NCBI GenBank assembly: GCA_039030515.1
Contig: JBCCEA010000006.1
Coordinates: 47,352 to 111,351, forward strand
Source: Myxococcota bacterium
Lineage (GTDB): Bacteria; Myxococcota_A; Polyangia; Polyangiales; Houyiibacteriaceae
Reading direction: 5' to 3'
Length of the DNA stretch: 64,000 bases
The translations under genes were made by a program, and so were the position numbers. This document shows positions 35,161 through 44,891 of this stretch, in pieces. Each line of letters begins with the position of its first letter. Within the stretch, counting starts at the first letter, position 1. The notes under the pieces were generated by a model, which was not told the DNA's origin, made no database searches, and saw only the letters and a program-made list of their open reading frames with translations.

Positions 35161-37149
35161 AGAATACGCGCCGGTGCGGCGGTCTTGAATCAGACGCCTA
35201 TGGACTGGCGCGGCAACGTGTCCAGAGCGTGTAAAGCAATAGGCATGGCGCGAAAGGCGGGAGTCAGCCTGCTCTGCCTACCTGAGCTTTGCCTCTCGGG
35301 CTACGGCTGTGAAGACATGTTTTTGAGCGGTTCCGTTGAGCGATATGCCTGGCAGGCTCTCGAGGAAGTCGCCCCGCATAGCGCGAACATGGTCGTTGCG
35401 GTCGGCCTTCCGGTGTCCTATCGGTCGCGCGTCTTCAACTGCGCAGCGCTCTTGGTGGACGGCCAAGTCGTAGGACTGGTGGCCAAGCAGTTCTTGGCGA
35501 GGGCAGGAATTCACTACGAACCCAGATGGTTTGCCGCGTGGCCCAAAGGCGAGGCGCACCACACTCAAAAGGGAGTGCCCATTGGCGACCTGGTTTTTGA
35601 CGTGGGCAGTGTGCGAATCGGTTTTGAAATCTGTGAAGATGCTTGGGCAGCTCAAAGGCCCGGCCAAAGTTTGAGTCAGCATGGGCTCGACGTGCTTTTG
35701 AGTCCTAGCGCGAGTCATTTTTCTCTCGGAAAAAACGATATCCGGAAAAGAATTGTGCTCGAGGGCTCACGGGCATTCGGTAGCGGCTATATCTACAGCA
35801 ACCTTTTAGGTAACGAGGCCGGGCGCGCCATCTATGATGGAGGGGCCATGCTCGCTTGCGCTGGGGCGATGGTGGCGACGGGGCCTCGCTTTTCTTTCGA
35901 AGACGTCTGCCTCACCGATGCCGTGCTCGAACTCGGCGAAGCCCGCATGCTCCGCGCACAACGCGCTTGCTCAAGTCCAGAGGAGGCTCCGGCCTTGAGC
36001 ATGTGCGTAAGAACTACCTTCGAGTGGCCCAGTATGCCTCCGGAGATAAGGAACGTGGAGGTGCCGGCGTGGGAAAAAGGTACTTGCGTGAAAGAGGAAG
36101 AATTCACGCGAGCCACCTGCCTCGGTCTCTTTGACTACCTGCGCAAAAGTCGATCGGGCGGATTTGTCGTTTCTCTCTCCGGAGGAGCAGACTCGGCTGC
36201 CTGTGCAGTGCTCGTGCGCCTGTGCATTGAAATGGCCGCAGCGGAACTTGGGATGGATGGAATCGCCCATAAACTCGCTCATATTCCGAACGTCAGGCAG
36301 GCGGGAAGTGTCGCAGAGCTTGTAAACGCTTTGCTTATTACCCTCTACCAGTCGACTGAACACAGTTCAGAAACCACTCGAAATGCAGCGTCTCAGGTCG
36401 CTGAGTCGATTTCAGCCAGCCATTCTGAACTCGATGTTTCCGAACTTGTTCGCGGTTACGTCACACGAATTGAACAAGCGCTACATACCGAACTCTCTTG
36501 GGCAGAACACGATATTGCTCTGCAGAATATCCAAGCTCGAGTTCGAGGTCCTAGCGCTTGGCTCATCGCAAACGTACGCGGTTTTTTGTTGCTCTCGACC
36601 AGCAATCGCTCCGAGTCCGCGGTCGGTTATGCGACGATGGACGGCGATACCTGCGGTGGTCTCTCTCCCATTGCAGGCATCGATAAAGCGTTTCTCCAGC
36701 ACTGGCTTAGATGGATGCAGAGTCAGGGCATGGACGGCTACTCAAAGTTTCCAGAACTCAAGTACGTCAACGACCAGGTGCCGACTGCGGAGCTACGTCC
36801 TCATGATTCAGCTCAGACCGATGAATCGGACCTCATGCCGTATCCGGTACTCGATGCGATCGAGCGACACGCGATCGGCATGCGTCGCAGTCCGGCAGAG
36901 GTTATCGAATACGTACGCAACGAGTTTCCAGCCTACGAGCAGGACCTGCTTTTGCTATGGATTAAGAAGTTTTTCTCTCTCTGGGCGAAAAACCAATGGA
37001 AGCGAGAGAGATTCGCGCCGAGTTTTCATCTTGACGATAGAGATCTCGATCCGAAAGCTTGGTGCCGATTTCCGATACTTAGCGGGGGATTTGAGGTCGA
37101 GCTTGAGCATTTGCAAAGTCACAAATCGCCGGCTCAAACCGAGGATTAA
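35143..37149 (+). CDS. nadE: Glutamine-dependent NAD+ synthetase
   Basis: N-terminal nitrilase domain (PELCLSGY, EICEDAW, SPSAS), SLSGGADSA, QNIQARVR, TSNRSE, GYATMDGD, PTAELRP, QWKR. Start placed at ATG 35143. Confidence 0.95.
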   Translation: MEKNLSRIRAGAAVLNQTPMDWRGNVSRACKAIGMARKAGVSLLCLPELCLSGYGCEDMFLSGSVERYAWQALEEVAPHSANMVVAVGLPVSYRSRVFNCAALLVDGQVVGLVAKQFLARAGIHYEPRWFAAWPKGEAHHTQKGVPIGDLVFDVGSVRIGFEICEDAWAAQRPGQSLSQHGLDVLLSPSASHFSLGKNDIRKRIVLEGSRAFGSGYIYSNLLGNEAGRAIYDGGAMLACAGAMVATGPRFSFEDVCLTDAVLELGEARMLRAQRACSSPEEAPALSMCVRTTFEWPSMPPEIRNVEVPAWEKGTCVKEEEFTRATCLGLFDYLRKSRSGGFVVSLSGGADSAACAVLVRLCIEMAAAELGMDGIAHKLAHIPNVRQAGSVAELVNALLITLYQSTEHSSETTRNAASQVAESISASHSELDVSELVRGYVTRIEQALHTELSWAEHDIALQNIQARVRGPSAWLIANVRGFLLLSTSNRSESAVGYATMDGDTCGGLSPIAGIDKAFLQHWLRWMQSQGMDGYSKFPELKYVNDQVPTAELRPHDSAQTDESDLMPYPVLDAIERHAIGMRRSPAEVIEYVRNEFPAYEQDLLLLWIKKFFSLWAKNQWKRERFAPSFHLDDRDLDPKAWCRFPILSGGFEVELEHLQSHKSPAQTED

Positions 37150-37254
37150 TCTCGGCACATTTTGATTCGGCCCATCCCTAACTGCTCCGCTTCGCAAGAA
37201 GATCCGAGTCATGCGCAAATGGAGGTCAGCCGTTGCGACTATTGGATGCCCTCC

Positions 37255-37300
37255 TAGTCAGCGACGTCTCACCGGAGTAGTCAGCGACGTCTCACCGAAG
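37255..37300. repeat. 23-bp tandem duplication, intergenic
   Basis: tagtcagcgacgtctcaccg(g/a)ag at 37255 and 37278. Confidence 0.9.
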
Positions 37301-37306
37301 CGTACC

Positions 37307-37612
37307 CTAATGCTGAAGTTGAGCGAGAGGTCCCTCGCTCGTGCACGTGCCAGCGCCGGCGCAAGAGGAAGCTTCCATCAAACAGAGGCGCTGCTCTGTT
37401 GTGAACTTTTCAGTGCAGGTGGTGCGACATCCCGGAGGCATTGCACCGCATACCGAATTCATCTGGGCGCATGCCTGACTGCACTGAGCGTCGGCCTGCA
37501 GCATCTCTTGAAACGTATCGGCTTGTTCCTCATCGGATACACGCTCATGGGCGCCGCATGCTGTGATTAGAGTCGATATCGAAAATACTGTAAAAGTGAA
37601 TATATAACGCAT
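37307..37612 (-). CDS. Small Cys-rich lipoprotein, hypothetical
   Basis: Signal peptide with lipobox LITAC; eight further Cys in CxxxC-type spacing. Confidence 0.65.
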   Translation of the reverse strand: MRYIFTFTVFSISTLITACGAHERVSDEEQADTFQEMLQADAQCSQACAQMNSVCGAMPPGCRTTCTEKFTTEQRLCLMEASSCAGAGTCTSEGPLAQLQH

Positions 37613-37834
37613 AAGGTCTCTCGCTCGACTAAGTTGTATCTAAGTACGCAGTGTCCTTGAACGCAGTTCCCTCAAAAACATTGCGATGTGGGAGTAAGCA
37701 AGTCTTATACCGAGAATTGAGCCGAGCTCTCGATTCGCTTGCCCTGAACTGGCGCCATATCGAGTCACTGCTATCGTCGCAGGCTTTGGGCCGATAGCGA
37801 ATCCTCGCAGCCCTGTGGCAAAGAGAAGGGCACC

Positions 37835-38596
37835 ATGGAATCGGCGACCGCTTGGATGTATCTTCTGCTCGCCGGAGCTGGAGTCGCCGCGGGCTTTATC
37901 AACACCATAGCCGCCGGAGGTTCGATGCTGACGCTTCCAGTGTTGATGCTTCTGGGCATGCCCGCGGATGTGGCCAACGGTACCAACCGATTGAGCATCG
38001 CGACGCAGTCTGTTTCCGGTATTTTTGCCTTTCACCGCCGAGGAAAACTCGACCACCAGGCTGTACTGCCCGTCGTGATTCCCGTCGCCGTAGGCGCTCT
38101 GCTCGGCGCCGGCTTTGCTACCTTGGTCCCAGAACGTGTCCTAAAGCCGGCGCTGCTTGTGACGATGTTGGTCACCGCGTTCGTCATCGCGTGTTCGCCT
38201 CAATGGTCTGAAAGCGCCTCGCAGCGTGCACCCCTCGACGCTAGGAAGAGCCATCGGGCACATGCAGGTCTCTTTTTTGCGGGCCTTTACGGTGGATTCA
38301 TCCAGGCTGGGGTCGGATTTATTCTGCTTTTCACGCTCGTAACCACGCTTGGCTACGATTTGCTGAGGGCCAACGCACTCAAGCTTGTATGTGCCCTTGC
38401 CCTTGGAGTGATCGCTGTAATCGTATTTGCAACTTCCGGTGATGTGGAGTGGATACCCGCTTCGGTTTTGGCGGTTTCAACGGTAGTGGGGTCTCAACTC
38501 GGCGTCCGATTTGCTCTTTCGGTTTCCCCAAAGGTAGTGCGATGGATCGTACTCGCCGCTATTTCGACCGTTTGTATTGCGGCGCTATTTAAGTAG
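37835..38596 (+). CDS. Sulfite exporter TauE/SafE family membrane protein
   Basis: AGFINTIAAGGSMLTLP, ANGTNR, GLYGGFIQAGVG, ANALK. Confidence 0.9.
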   Translation: MESATAWMYLLLAGAGVAAGFINTIAAGGSMLTLPVLMLLGMPADVANGTNRLSIATQSVSGIFAFHRRGKLDHQAVLPVVIPVAVGALLGAGFATLVPERVLKPALLVTMLVTAFVIACSPQWSESASQRAPLDARKSHRAHAGLFFAGLYGGFIQAGVGFILLFTLVTTLGYDLLRANALKLVCALALGVIAVIVFATSGDVEWIPASVLAVSTVVGSQLGVRFALSVSPKVVRWIVLAAISTVCIAALFK

Positions 38597-38629
38597 CCAG
38601 TCGTTTTACTAAGTAGCCAGTCGTTTTAG
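38590..38629. repeat. 20-bp tandem duplication spanning the tauE stop codon
   Basis: taagtagccagtcgtttta(c/g) at 38590 and 38610. Confidence 0.9.
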
Positions 38630-38903
38630 TTAGGTAGTCACGCTCCAAGATCGAGGTTCCAAAATAAAATATCGCGACTTTGATCCTCGGCCTTTTATTG
38701 TTTTTTACCAGAGGAGATGGCATCCGCAGACGCCATTGCCCGGGAACTTAAATCCCCACTGAAGATGCTTCAGCCTCACCAACGAAGCTTGCTGTGCCCC
38801 TCCGAGACTTCCCAGTCGGTCGATCTTCCTGAACGCGAAAGGTTTGATGCACGTGCACAGCTCTTGCAAAGGTGCATGACTCTTGCAGGAGTGTCTGTCG
38901 TCT

Positions 38904-39668
38904 ATGACTCGAATAATTACCTTAGCGACGGCACTGCTCGGATGCGTCGCATCGGGACTGCTCGGATGCGCTGCATCAGGTGCAAGCATCGATCTTCCCA
39001 TCGAAACCGATGCGGGGTCGAATCAAACATGCAACGTCTCTCAGACAGCTTGTGGCGAAGAATGTGTCGACCTTCTAGCCAATCGATCTCACTGCGGTAG
39101 CTGTTTTCGATCTTGTGGTGCTGCACAGTTTTGTATCGATGGAAATTGTCTGGCTTCGTGTCCCTCGGGACAGACCGCCTGTGGCGGTCAATGCGCTCGA
39201 CTGTTGGAAGATCCACTCAATTGCGGTGCATGCGGACGTCAGTGTGATGAAGGTTTGAGTTGCTCTGGTGGAACGTGCACCTGTGGAGCTGGAAGTCTGG
39301 TTTGTGGAAGTGCATGCACGGACATACTCTCCGACGCCTTGAACTGCGGTTCATGCGGCACGATTTGCGGCAGCGACGAGGAGTGCGCCGGAGGTGTCTG
39401 CGCATGCAGCGGATACGCTACAGAGGTGTCGTGTGTCGATGGTCGAGACAACGACTGCGACGGTCTCATCGACTGCAATGACGACGACTGCGTTGGTGCG
39501 CTGCGCGTCTGCACTTCTGGCTGTGGTTTTGGGGTTCAGGAATGCAGACAGACCAACGAGTGGAGTTCGTGCAGTGCGCGACCCTCTGCGGAAAGCGCCA
39601 CCGAATGTGAAGATGGCATCGATCAGAACTGCGACGGTGTCGACCTAGCATGTGCGGACGAGCCGTGA
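38904..39668 (+). CDS. Myxobacterial Cys-rich lipoprotein (Stig1-like CVDL..D..NCGxCG repeats plus DGxDNDCDG metal-binding-like motifs)
   Basis: Repeated CGxxCxDLxxDxxNCGxCGxxC, CVDGRDNDCDG and CEDGIDQNCDG; lipobox LLGC duplicated by a 24-bp repeat at 38933-38980. Confidence 0.8.
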   Translation: MTRIITLATALLGCVASGLLGCAASGASIDLPIETDAGSNQTCNVSQTACGEECVDLLANRSHCGSCFRSCGAAQFCIDGNCLASCPSGQTACGGQCARLLEDPLNCGACGRQCDEGLSCSGGTCTCGAGSLVCGSACTDILSDALNCGSCGTICGSDEECAGGVCACSGYATEVSCVDGRDNDCDGLIDCNDDDCVGALRVCTSGCGFGVQECRQTNEWSSCSARPSAESATECEDGIDQNCDGVDLACADEP

Positions 39669-39691
39669 TGGCGGTGCACGGCAGATACGTT

Positions 39692-40477
39692 CTAAAGTCC
39701 GTGCCCCTCGGCGAATGAATCACGTGCACGCTTCACAAGTTTCTGCACGCACGTTTGCGCATGCTCTGCGAGTTCGGTGCTGCGTCCGGCGACCTCAAGA
39801 GGCGTGCCTACTGCCGCAGAAACAGCCGCTTCGGGATCGGCTGCAACGCTCGACAAGTGCTCCAAGAAGGTCTTGTCCACGTAGGCGTTGTGTTCTTTAT
39901 AGGCGATGCCCACCGGCATAATCTCGCAGTCGATTCCGCGAGCCGCCGCAAATACCCCAGGTTGGAACGGAAGCACTTCGTCTCCAAGCGAGGTTTTTCC
40001 CTCGGGAAACGCAACCACGGTACCTCCCTCACGTAGGCGGCGCCGGATCGCACGGATCGCGGAGGCTCCGCTATGGACGTCGTCCCGATCCACGAAAATC
40101 GTGTCGACGCTTCGTGCAGCCCAGCCCATCAAAGGCCACTGAGCCAGATCCCCCCGACTCAAACACGCGCCTCCGAAGTACCCCAGAAGGATACCGATAT
40201 CCACGGCGCTTTGGTGGTTCGCAACGACAAGGCGCCCTCGTTTGGACTTCGGCGCAGGAAGCGCAGGTTGGTATCGGGTTTGGATCCCCAGAACGCGCAT
40301 CACTCGACTGACGTAGCGTTTCAAATGGACGTCCTTAAGCTCTGTCTGCAGCCGGTCCGGCGCTCGAGCCCTGGCTCTGTTCAAAAAATACACCGAAGCT
40401 ACAGTGGACGCTAGGAACGCTGCGCTTCGAAATCCGACGCGTGCAACCCTCATCAGAGCCACGTTCATAGTCCGCAC
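39692..40477 (-). CDS. Lysophospholipid acyltransferase (PlsC/OlsA family)
   Basis: NHQSAVD, TIFVDR, FPEGKT, PFQPG. Confidence 0.85.
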   Translation of the reverse strand: MRTMNVALMRVARVGFRSAAFLASTVASVYFLNRARARAPDRLQTELKDVHLKRYVSRVMRVLGIQTRYQPALPAPKSKRGRLVVANHQSAVDIGILLGYFGGACLSRGDLAQWPLMGWAARSVDTIFVDRDDVHSGASAIRAIRRRLREGGTVVAFPEGKTSLGDEVLPFQPGVFAAARGIDCEIMPVGIAYKEHNAYVDKTFLEHLSSVAADPEAAVSAAVGTPLEVAGRSTELAEHAQTCVQKLVKRARDSFAEGHGL

Positions 40478-40588
40478 CCGATATTCATGCCAGCCCTAGC
40501 CAGACCGCGGCAAAGGAAACGAACGCCCCTAGTTTGATCGAAGGCTGATCCAAATCAGATGCGCTATCGCGTCGCTAAAAGTCGACCT

Positions 40589-40954
40589 TCATTCGGGAAA
40601 GAAAACGACTCTTGCTACGCATGTCTCCTCCAAAGTGACCGACGACAGTTTCGCTGGAGCCGGGATTTGGATCCGCTCCGCGATAAAGCGAGCGATGTGC
40701 TCACTGGTCGGGTTCTCGAGTCCCTCCACCTCATTGAGGTAGCGATGGTCCAACATCGCGTGAAGGGGTTTGAATGCTTCATCGAGCTCTGCGAAATCCA
40801 TGACCCAGCCGAACTCATCATCTACCGGACCGCGCACCCGAATGGTCACGTAAAAGCTGTGTCCGTGCAGGCGCGCGCACTTGTGGCCCGGAGGAACATG
40901 AGGCAATCGATGGGCCGCCTCGAACCGAAAGCGGCGCTCGATCTCCGTGGGCAT
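40589..40954 (-). CDS. queD: 6-carboxy-5,6,7,8-tetrahydropterin synthase
   Basis: FEAAHRLPHVPPGHKCARLHGHSF, GWVMDF, LDHRYLNEVEGLENPTSE, VTLEET. Confidence 0.95.
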   Translation of the reverse strand: MPTEIERRFRFEAAHRLPHVPPGHKCARLHGHSFYVTIRVRGPVDDEFGWVMDFAELDEAFKPLHAMLDHRYLNEVEGLENPTSEHIARFIAERIQIPAPAKLSSVTLEETCVARVVFFPE

Positions 40955-41028
40955 GGAAAGGGATGCATCGAAGGTTTCAGTCTGTCAATCTGCTGCCCGC
41001 CCTTATTCGGCGAGAGGATCGAACCTCG

Positions 41029-41508
41029 ATGGATGAAAAGACATCCGAATTTTCGCAAGCGACGATGACCGAGATCGTGCTTCCCCAGCATGCCAATGCG
41101 CTCGGGACCGCGTTTGGTGGAACGGTGATGAGTTGGGTAGACGTGTGTGCGGCGGTTGTGGCGCAGCGTCATTGCGGTCGGATCGCGGTGACCGCCTCGA
41201 TAGACCAGCTGGATTTCACCGCACCTCTCAGGATCGGGGATGTGGCCGTGATCGAAGGCCGGATCAACGCGGCGTTTCGGACCTCGCTTGAGATTGAGGT
41301 GCATGTGGACCGTGAGGATTCCCCGGACTGCAAACGGATTCGATGTGCAGATGCGTTGCTCACGTTCGTGAATGTGGACGACCGAGGCACGCCATGCCCG
41401 GTGCCCGAGCTTCGGATTGTCTCCGCCGAAGATCACACTCGCCTCGAACAGGCCCGGGCCCGTAAACGGGATCGATTGGCACGCCGAAAGACTGAATCAG
41501 AGGCTTAG
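41029..41508 (+). CDS. Acyl-CoA thioesterase (hotdog fold, YciA-like)
   Basis: EIVLPQHANALGTAFGGTVMSWVD, VTASID, RTSLEIEV, TFVNVD. Start placed at ATG 41029. Confidence 0.9.
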   Translation: MDEKTSEFSQATMTEIVLPQHANALGTAFGGTVMSWVDVCAAVVAQRHCGRIAVTASIDQLDFTAPLRIGDVAVIEGRINAAFRTSLEIEVHVDREDSPDCKRIRCADALLTFVNVDDRGTPCPVPELRIVSAEDHTRLEQARARKRDRLARRKTESEA

Positions 41509-41585
41509 GCACGCCTTCTGGCTGATCCAAGGTGGGCGCACAACCCTTGCGTACCGTCGAACCCCATCGCATCGTCCGCTTCATC

Positions 41586-42374
41586 ATGCGCTCGCGATCG
41601 AATGCCGGATCCCTGTTTTTGCTCCTCGTCGCCTCGTGCGGAGGAGCGTCCGCTCGCGGTGAGGACGGTGTCGAAAAGCTCGCAGATGACGCCACCGCGC
41701 AACAAAGCTACGAGGACGCCCTCGCCGACTTCCGGGACGATCGCTGCATCGACGCTGAACCGAGCTTCCGCCAGGTGCGTCGCGAATTCCCATACAGCCG
41801 TTTCGCCGCGCTAGCCGAGCTTCGAATCGCAGACTGCCTTTTGATGCAGGACAGCCACGCTGAAGCGATTCAGGCCTATCGGCAGTTTGTGCGTTTTCGC
41901 CCATCGCACCCGGAGGTGCCCTACGCTCGATTCAAGGTGGCGCAAGCCTACTACGACCAAATCCCCACGAGCTGGTTTCTCGTCCCGCCCTCGTATGAAC
42001 GCGATCAAGAACCCACGCGTCAGGCGCTTTCAAAGCTTCGCAGGTTCGTCGTCGACTTCCCTGAGGATCCCCGAATCCAGGAAGCGAAGGAGATGTCCGA
42101 GCGCTGCTTGCGTCTCTTGGCGCAGCATGAGTTTGCCATCGCCAAGTTTTACCGGCGTCAAGAAGCGGATCGGGCAGTGATCATACGCCTACGCACGCTA
42201 CTTCGGACGTATGAGGGAAGTGGTTTGGAACCAGAGGCGCTGTGGATGCTCGGGCAAGCCCACGTTCGTATGGATCAGGTTGACCTTGCCCGAGAAGCGT
42301 TTCGCGAATTGATCTCTCGCTTCCCGCAGAGTGAACCCGCACAAAAGGCAAGAGAAGCCGTTCGCAGGCTTTGA
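41586..42374 (+). CDS. bamD: Outer-membrane protein assembly factor BamD
   Basis: Lipobox VASC, FPYSRFAALAEL, FVRFRPSHP, ERDQ, LAQHEFAIAKFY, TPR repeats. Confidence 0.85.
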   Translation: MRSRSNAGSLFLLLVASCGGASARGEDGVEKLADDATAQQSYEDALADFRDDRCIDAEPSFRQVRREFPYSRFAALAELRIADCLLMQDSHAEAIQAYRQFVRFRPSHPEVPYARFKVAQAYYDQIPTSWFLVPPSYERDQEPTRQALSKLRRFVVDFPEDPRIQEAKEMSERCLRLLAQHEFAIAKFYRRQEADRAVIIRLRTLLRTYEGSGLEPEALWMLGQAHVRMDQVDLAREAFRELISRFPQSEPAQKAREAVRRL

Positions 42375-42483
42375 ACCCTGGTTCTTCTGCTTCGCGCAGG
42401 CTGGTCGCGTTTGAGTCGTTGCCCGAGTTTGGATTCATTTCGTTGCGGCTCCATCCGGAAGCGGGATAGGCTGAGCGGAGATC

Positions 42484-43293
42484 ATGGACGAGCGAACCAA
42501 GCAGCTCCTCTCCCTGGGGCGCGAACACTACGATAAGCGCGAATTCGATAAGGCAGGACACTATTTCCGTCAGCTTCTCGATCGAAACGTTCGCTTTGCC
42601 GATGTGTACAACATGATGGGGGTGATTCATCACGACTGCGGTCGATTTGAAGACGCTCAAAAGGCCTTCGAAGAGGCTTTGGCGATCAATCCTCAGTACA
42701 CCGAAGCGGCTCTCAACTTGGCGGTGACGTACAACGATCTCGGTCGTTACGACGACGCCAAGCAGATCTACCAGCAGGCGATCGTTCGGGGCAGCCTGGG
42801 TTCAGGGCAGCCAGATCCCTTCGTCAAAGGCAAGATCGCCAATCTTCACGCTGAAGTAGCCCAGGCCTACGTGGATGCGGGTCTCGTTGCGGAAGCGATG
42901 CATGAATTGCGCAAGGCGGTGCTTCTTTGTCCTCAGTTTGCCGATCTAAGGCTCCGACTGGCCAATCTTTACCGTCAGCAGGGCGACTTGGATGCGGCGC
43001 GCTATGAGCTTGAAGAGGGGCTCAAGCGTAAGCCTGATTTCGTTCCGATTCACGTGGCGTTGGGCGTGGTTCAGTTGGCGCTCGGCTCGGCTGAGAAGGC
43101 GATCGAGTGCTGGGAGGGAGCGCTTCGGCGGGATCCCAACAACAAGACGGCTCAGATGTATCTGCGCACGGTACGTACCGGTCGAGGAATGTCGATGGAT
43201 TCTGAATTTCCTCGGGTAGCGACCTCGCTTTCGGACGAGGTTACCGCGGCGGCATCTCAGCTTCCAAAGGCCGATGCAGACGAATCGAGCTGA
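42484..43293 (+). CDS. Tetratricopeptide-repeat protein
   Basis: Multiple TPRs (FADVYNMMG, AFEEALAINPQYTEAALNLA, ALRRDPNN). Confidence 0.85.
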   Translation: MDERTKQLLSLGREHYDKREFDKAGHYFRQLLDRNVRFADVYNMMGVIHHDCGRFEDAQKAFEEALAINPQYTEAALNLAVTYNDLGRYDDAKQIYQQAIVRGSLGSGQPDPFVKGKIANLHAEVAQAYVDAGLVAEAMHELRKAVLLCPQFADLRLRLANLYRQQGDLDAARYELEEGLKRKPDFVPIHVALGVVQLALGSAEKAIECWEGALRRDPNNKTAQMYLRTVRTGRGMSMDSEFPRVATSLSDEVTAAASQLPKADADESS

Positions 43294-43343
43294 TCGAGTA
43301 CACCTCCGCGATCTTCGCGCCGACAACCTGAGCTTGGGACGCG

Positions 43344-44831
43344 ATGTCTGCCGGCTGCGGGGGCACATCGTTTGGTCGCGCGCTATCTAGAATGGCCCCA
43401 GGTTTTATAGGAGCTTTTGTGCACTGTCTTTGGAAACTTCAACTGCGATCTCAGAGCGCTCCACCTGCGCGATCCCCGATCGCTCTTCACTGGAGATCAG
43501 TTCTTCAAACCTCGGCCCTGACTGCACTGGCCCTTGCAGTGGCGTGTAGCGACAGCGCTCGCGTAGAGGTGGACGCAGCCGTAGAGATGGATGCAGCCGT
43601 CGAGGACAGCGGAAAGGACAGCAGCATGGACAGCGGTGCGGACGGGGCTGCCGCGAGCTGTCCTGCGGAACCCCTGCCTGCACTGATAGGCGAAACCGTG
43701 ACCGGCGGACTGACGATGCCTGTTTTCGTGACCCAAGCGCCGGGTACCGAGGACGGTACCCTTTGGATCCTTGAAAAAGGTGGGCGCATTCTCCTGCATC
43801 GGGATGGCGCACTGCTGCCTACTCCCTTTTTGGACCTCCGATCCAAGTTAGGCGAGGTTACGCTCAACGACGAACGCGGACTGCTCGGTTTGGCGTTTCA
43901 TCCGCAGTATCAAACAAATCGAAGATTCTTTATCTACTACGCGCCTGCTAGTGGCGATGAAACCAACTTCAATATCGTTGCAGAATACCTGCGGTCTGAA
44001 CCGGATCCCGACGTCGCCGACTCAGATGAGTTTGCCCGCTTGTTTGCGGAGCAGAGCCCTTTTTCGAATCATAATGGAGGTATGCTTGCGTTCCGACCAA
44101 GCGACGGCATGCTCTATGTTGGGATAGGCGATGGCGGTGGTGCGAACGACCTCCGGCAGACTGCGCTCGACCTCGGCTCCCCCTTCGGGAAGTTGCTGCG
44201 TTTTGATCCGGATGTCGCCGGATATCTCCCGGAAGACAATCCGTTTCGCGATCGTGGTCGCGCCGATGTGTGGGCGTACGGATTGCGAAATCCATGGCGG
44301 TTTAGTTTTGATCGGGCGAACGACGACCTGTGGATAGGCGACGTGGGACAAGACACCGCGGAGGAGATCAACCATCTGCCGGCTTCTGCCGGTGGCGCCA
44401 ATTTCGGTTGGAGCTGCTTCGAAGGGGAAGCTCCTTTTGCCGCGACCGCCTACACGCCCTCCGAGTGCACAGCGCTGACCGCCGACCACGTGCCTCCCGT
44501 CTACTCCTTTGGCCACGGTCAGTTCCCCGGGGCAGCGCTCGTGACCGGAGCCTGTTCCGTGACCGGCGGGTACGTATACCGAGGCTCCGCGATCAAAGCG
44601 CTTCGTGGCTACTACGTGTTCACGGACTACTGCAGTGAAGTCATCGCGGCAGTGAAGCCGTGTGAAGAAGGAGGAGGGCTAGAGGAACAAGCGCTGAATA
44701 TCGACTTGCCCGCCTCACGTCTTATTACCTCCTTCGGGGAGGATCTCGACGGAGCCTTGTACATCGTGCGCCAGGATAGTGAGAATGACGCCGATGGAGC
44801 GATTTACCGTATCACGCTTGCCGAACCATAG
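43344..44831 (+). CDS. PQQ-dependent sugar (glucose/sorbosone) dehydrogenase family lipoprotein
   Basis: ERGLLGLAFHP, NHNGG, LYVGIGDGG, WAYGLRNPWRFSFD, GDVGQ, TGGYVYRG, SFGED. True start is probably downstream, near the ALAVAC lipobox. Confidence 0.88.
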   Translation: MSAGCGGTSFGRALSRMAPGFIGAFVHCLWKLQLRSQSAPPARSPIALHWRSVLQTSALTALALAVACSDSARVEVDAAVEMDAAVEDSGKDSSMDSGADGAAASCPAEPLPALIGETVTGGLTMPVFVTQAPGTEDGTLWILEKGGRILLHRDGALLPTPFLDLRSKLGEVTLNDERGLLGLAFHPQYQTNRRFFIYYAPASGDETNFNIVAEYLRSEPDPDVADSDEFARLFAEQSPFSNHNGGMLAFRPSDGMLYVGIGDGGGANDLRQTALDLGSPFGKLLRFDPDVAGYLPEDNPFRDRGRADVWAYGLRNPWRFSFDRANDDLWIGDVGQDTAEEINHLPASAGGANFGWSCFEGEAPFAATAYTPSECTALTADHVPPVYSFGHGQFPGAALVTGACSVTGGYVYRGSAIKALRGYYVFTDYCSEVIAAVKPCEEGGGLEEQALNIDLPASRLITSFGEDLDGALYIVRQDSENDADGAIYRITLAEP

Positions 44832-44891
44832 AGGGCGTCGGCAGCGGAGACGCTCAGGCCACTCGGCGTTCATAGCACCCGATAGGGAAAC

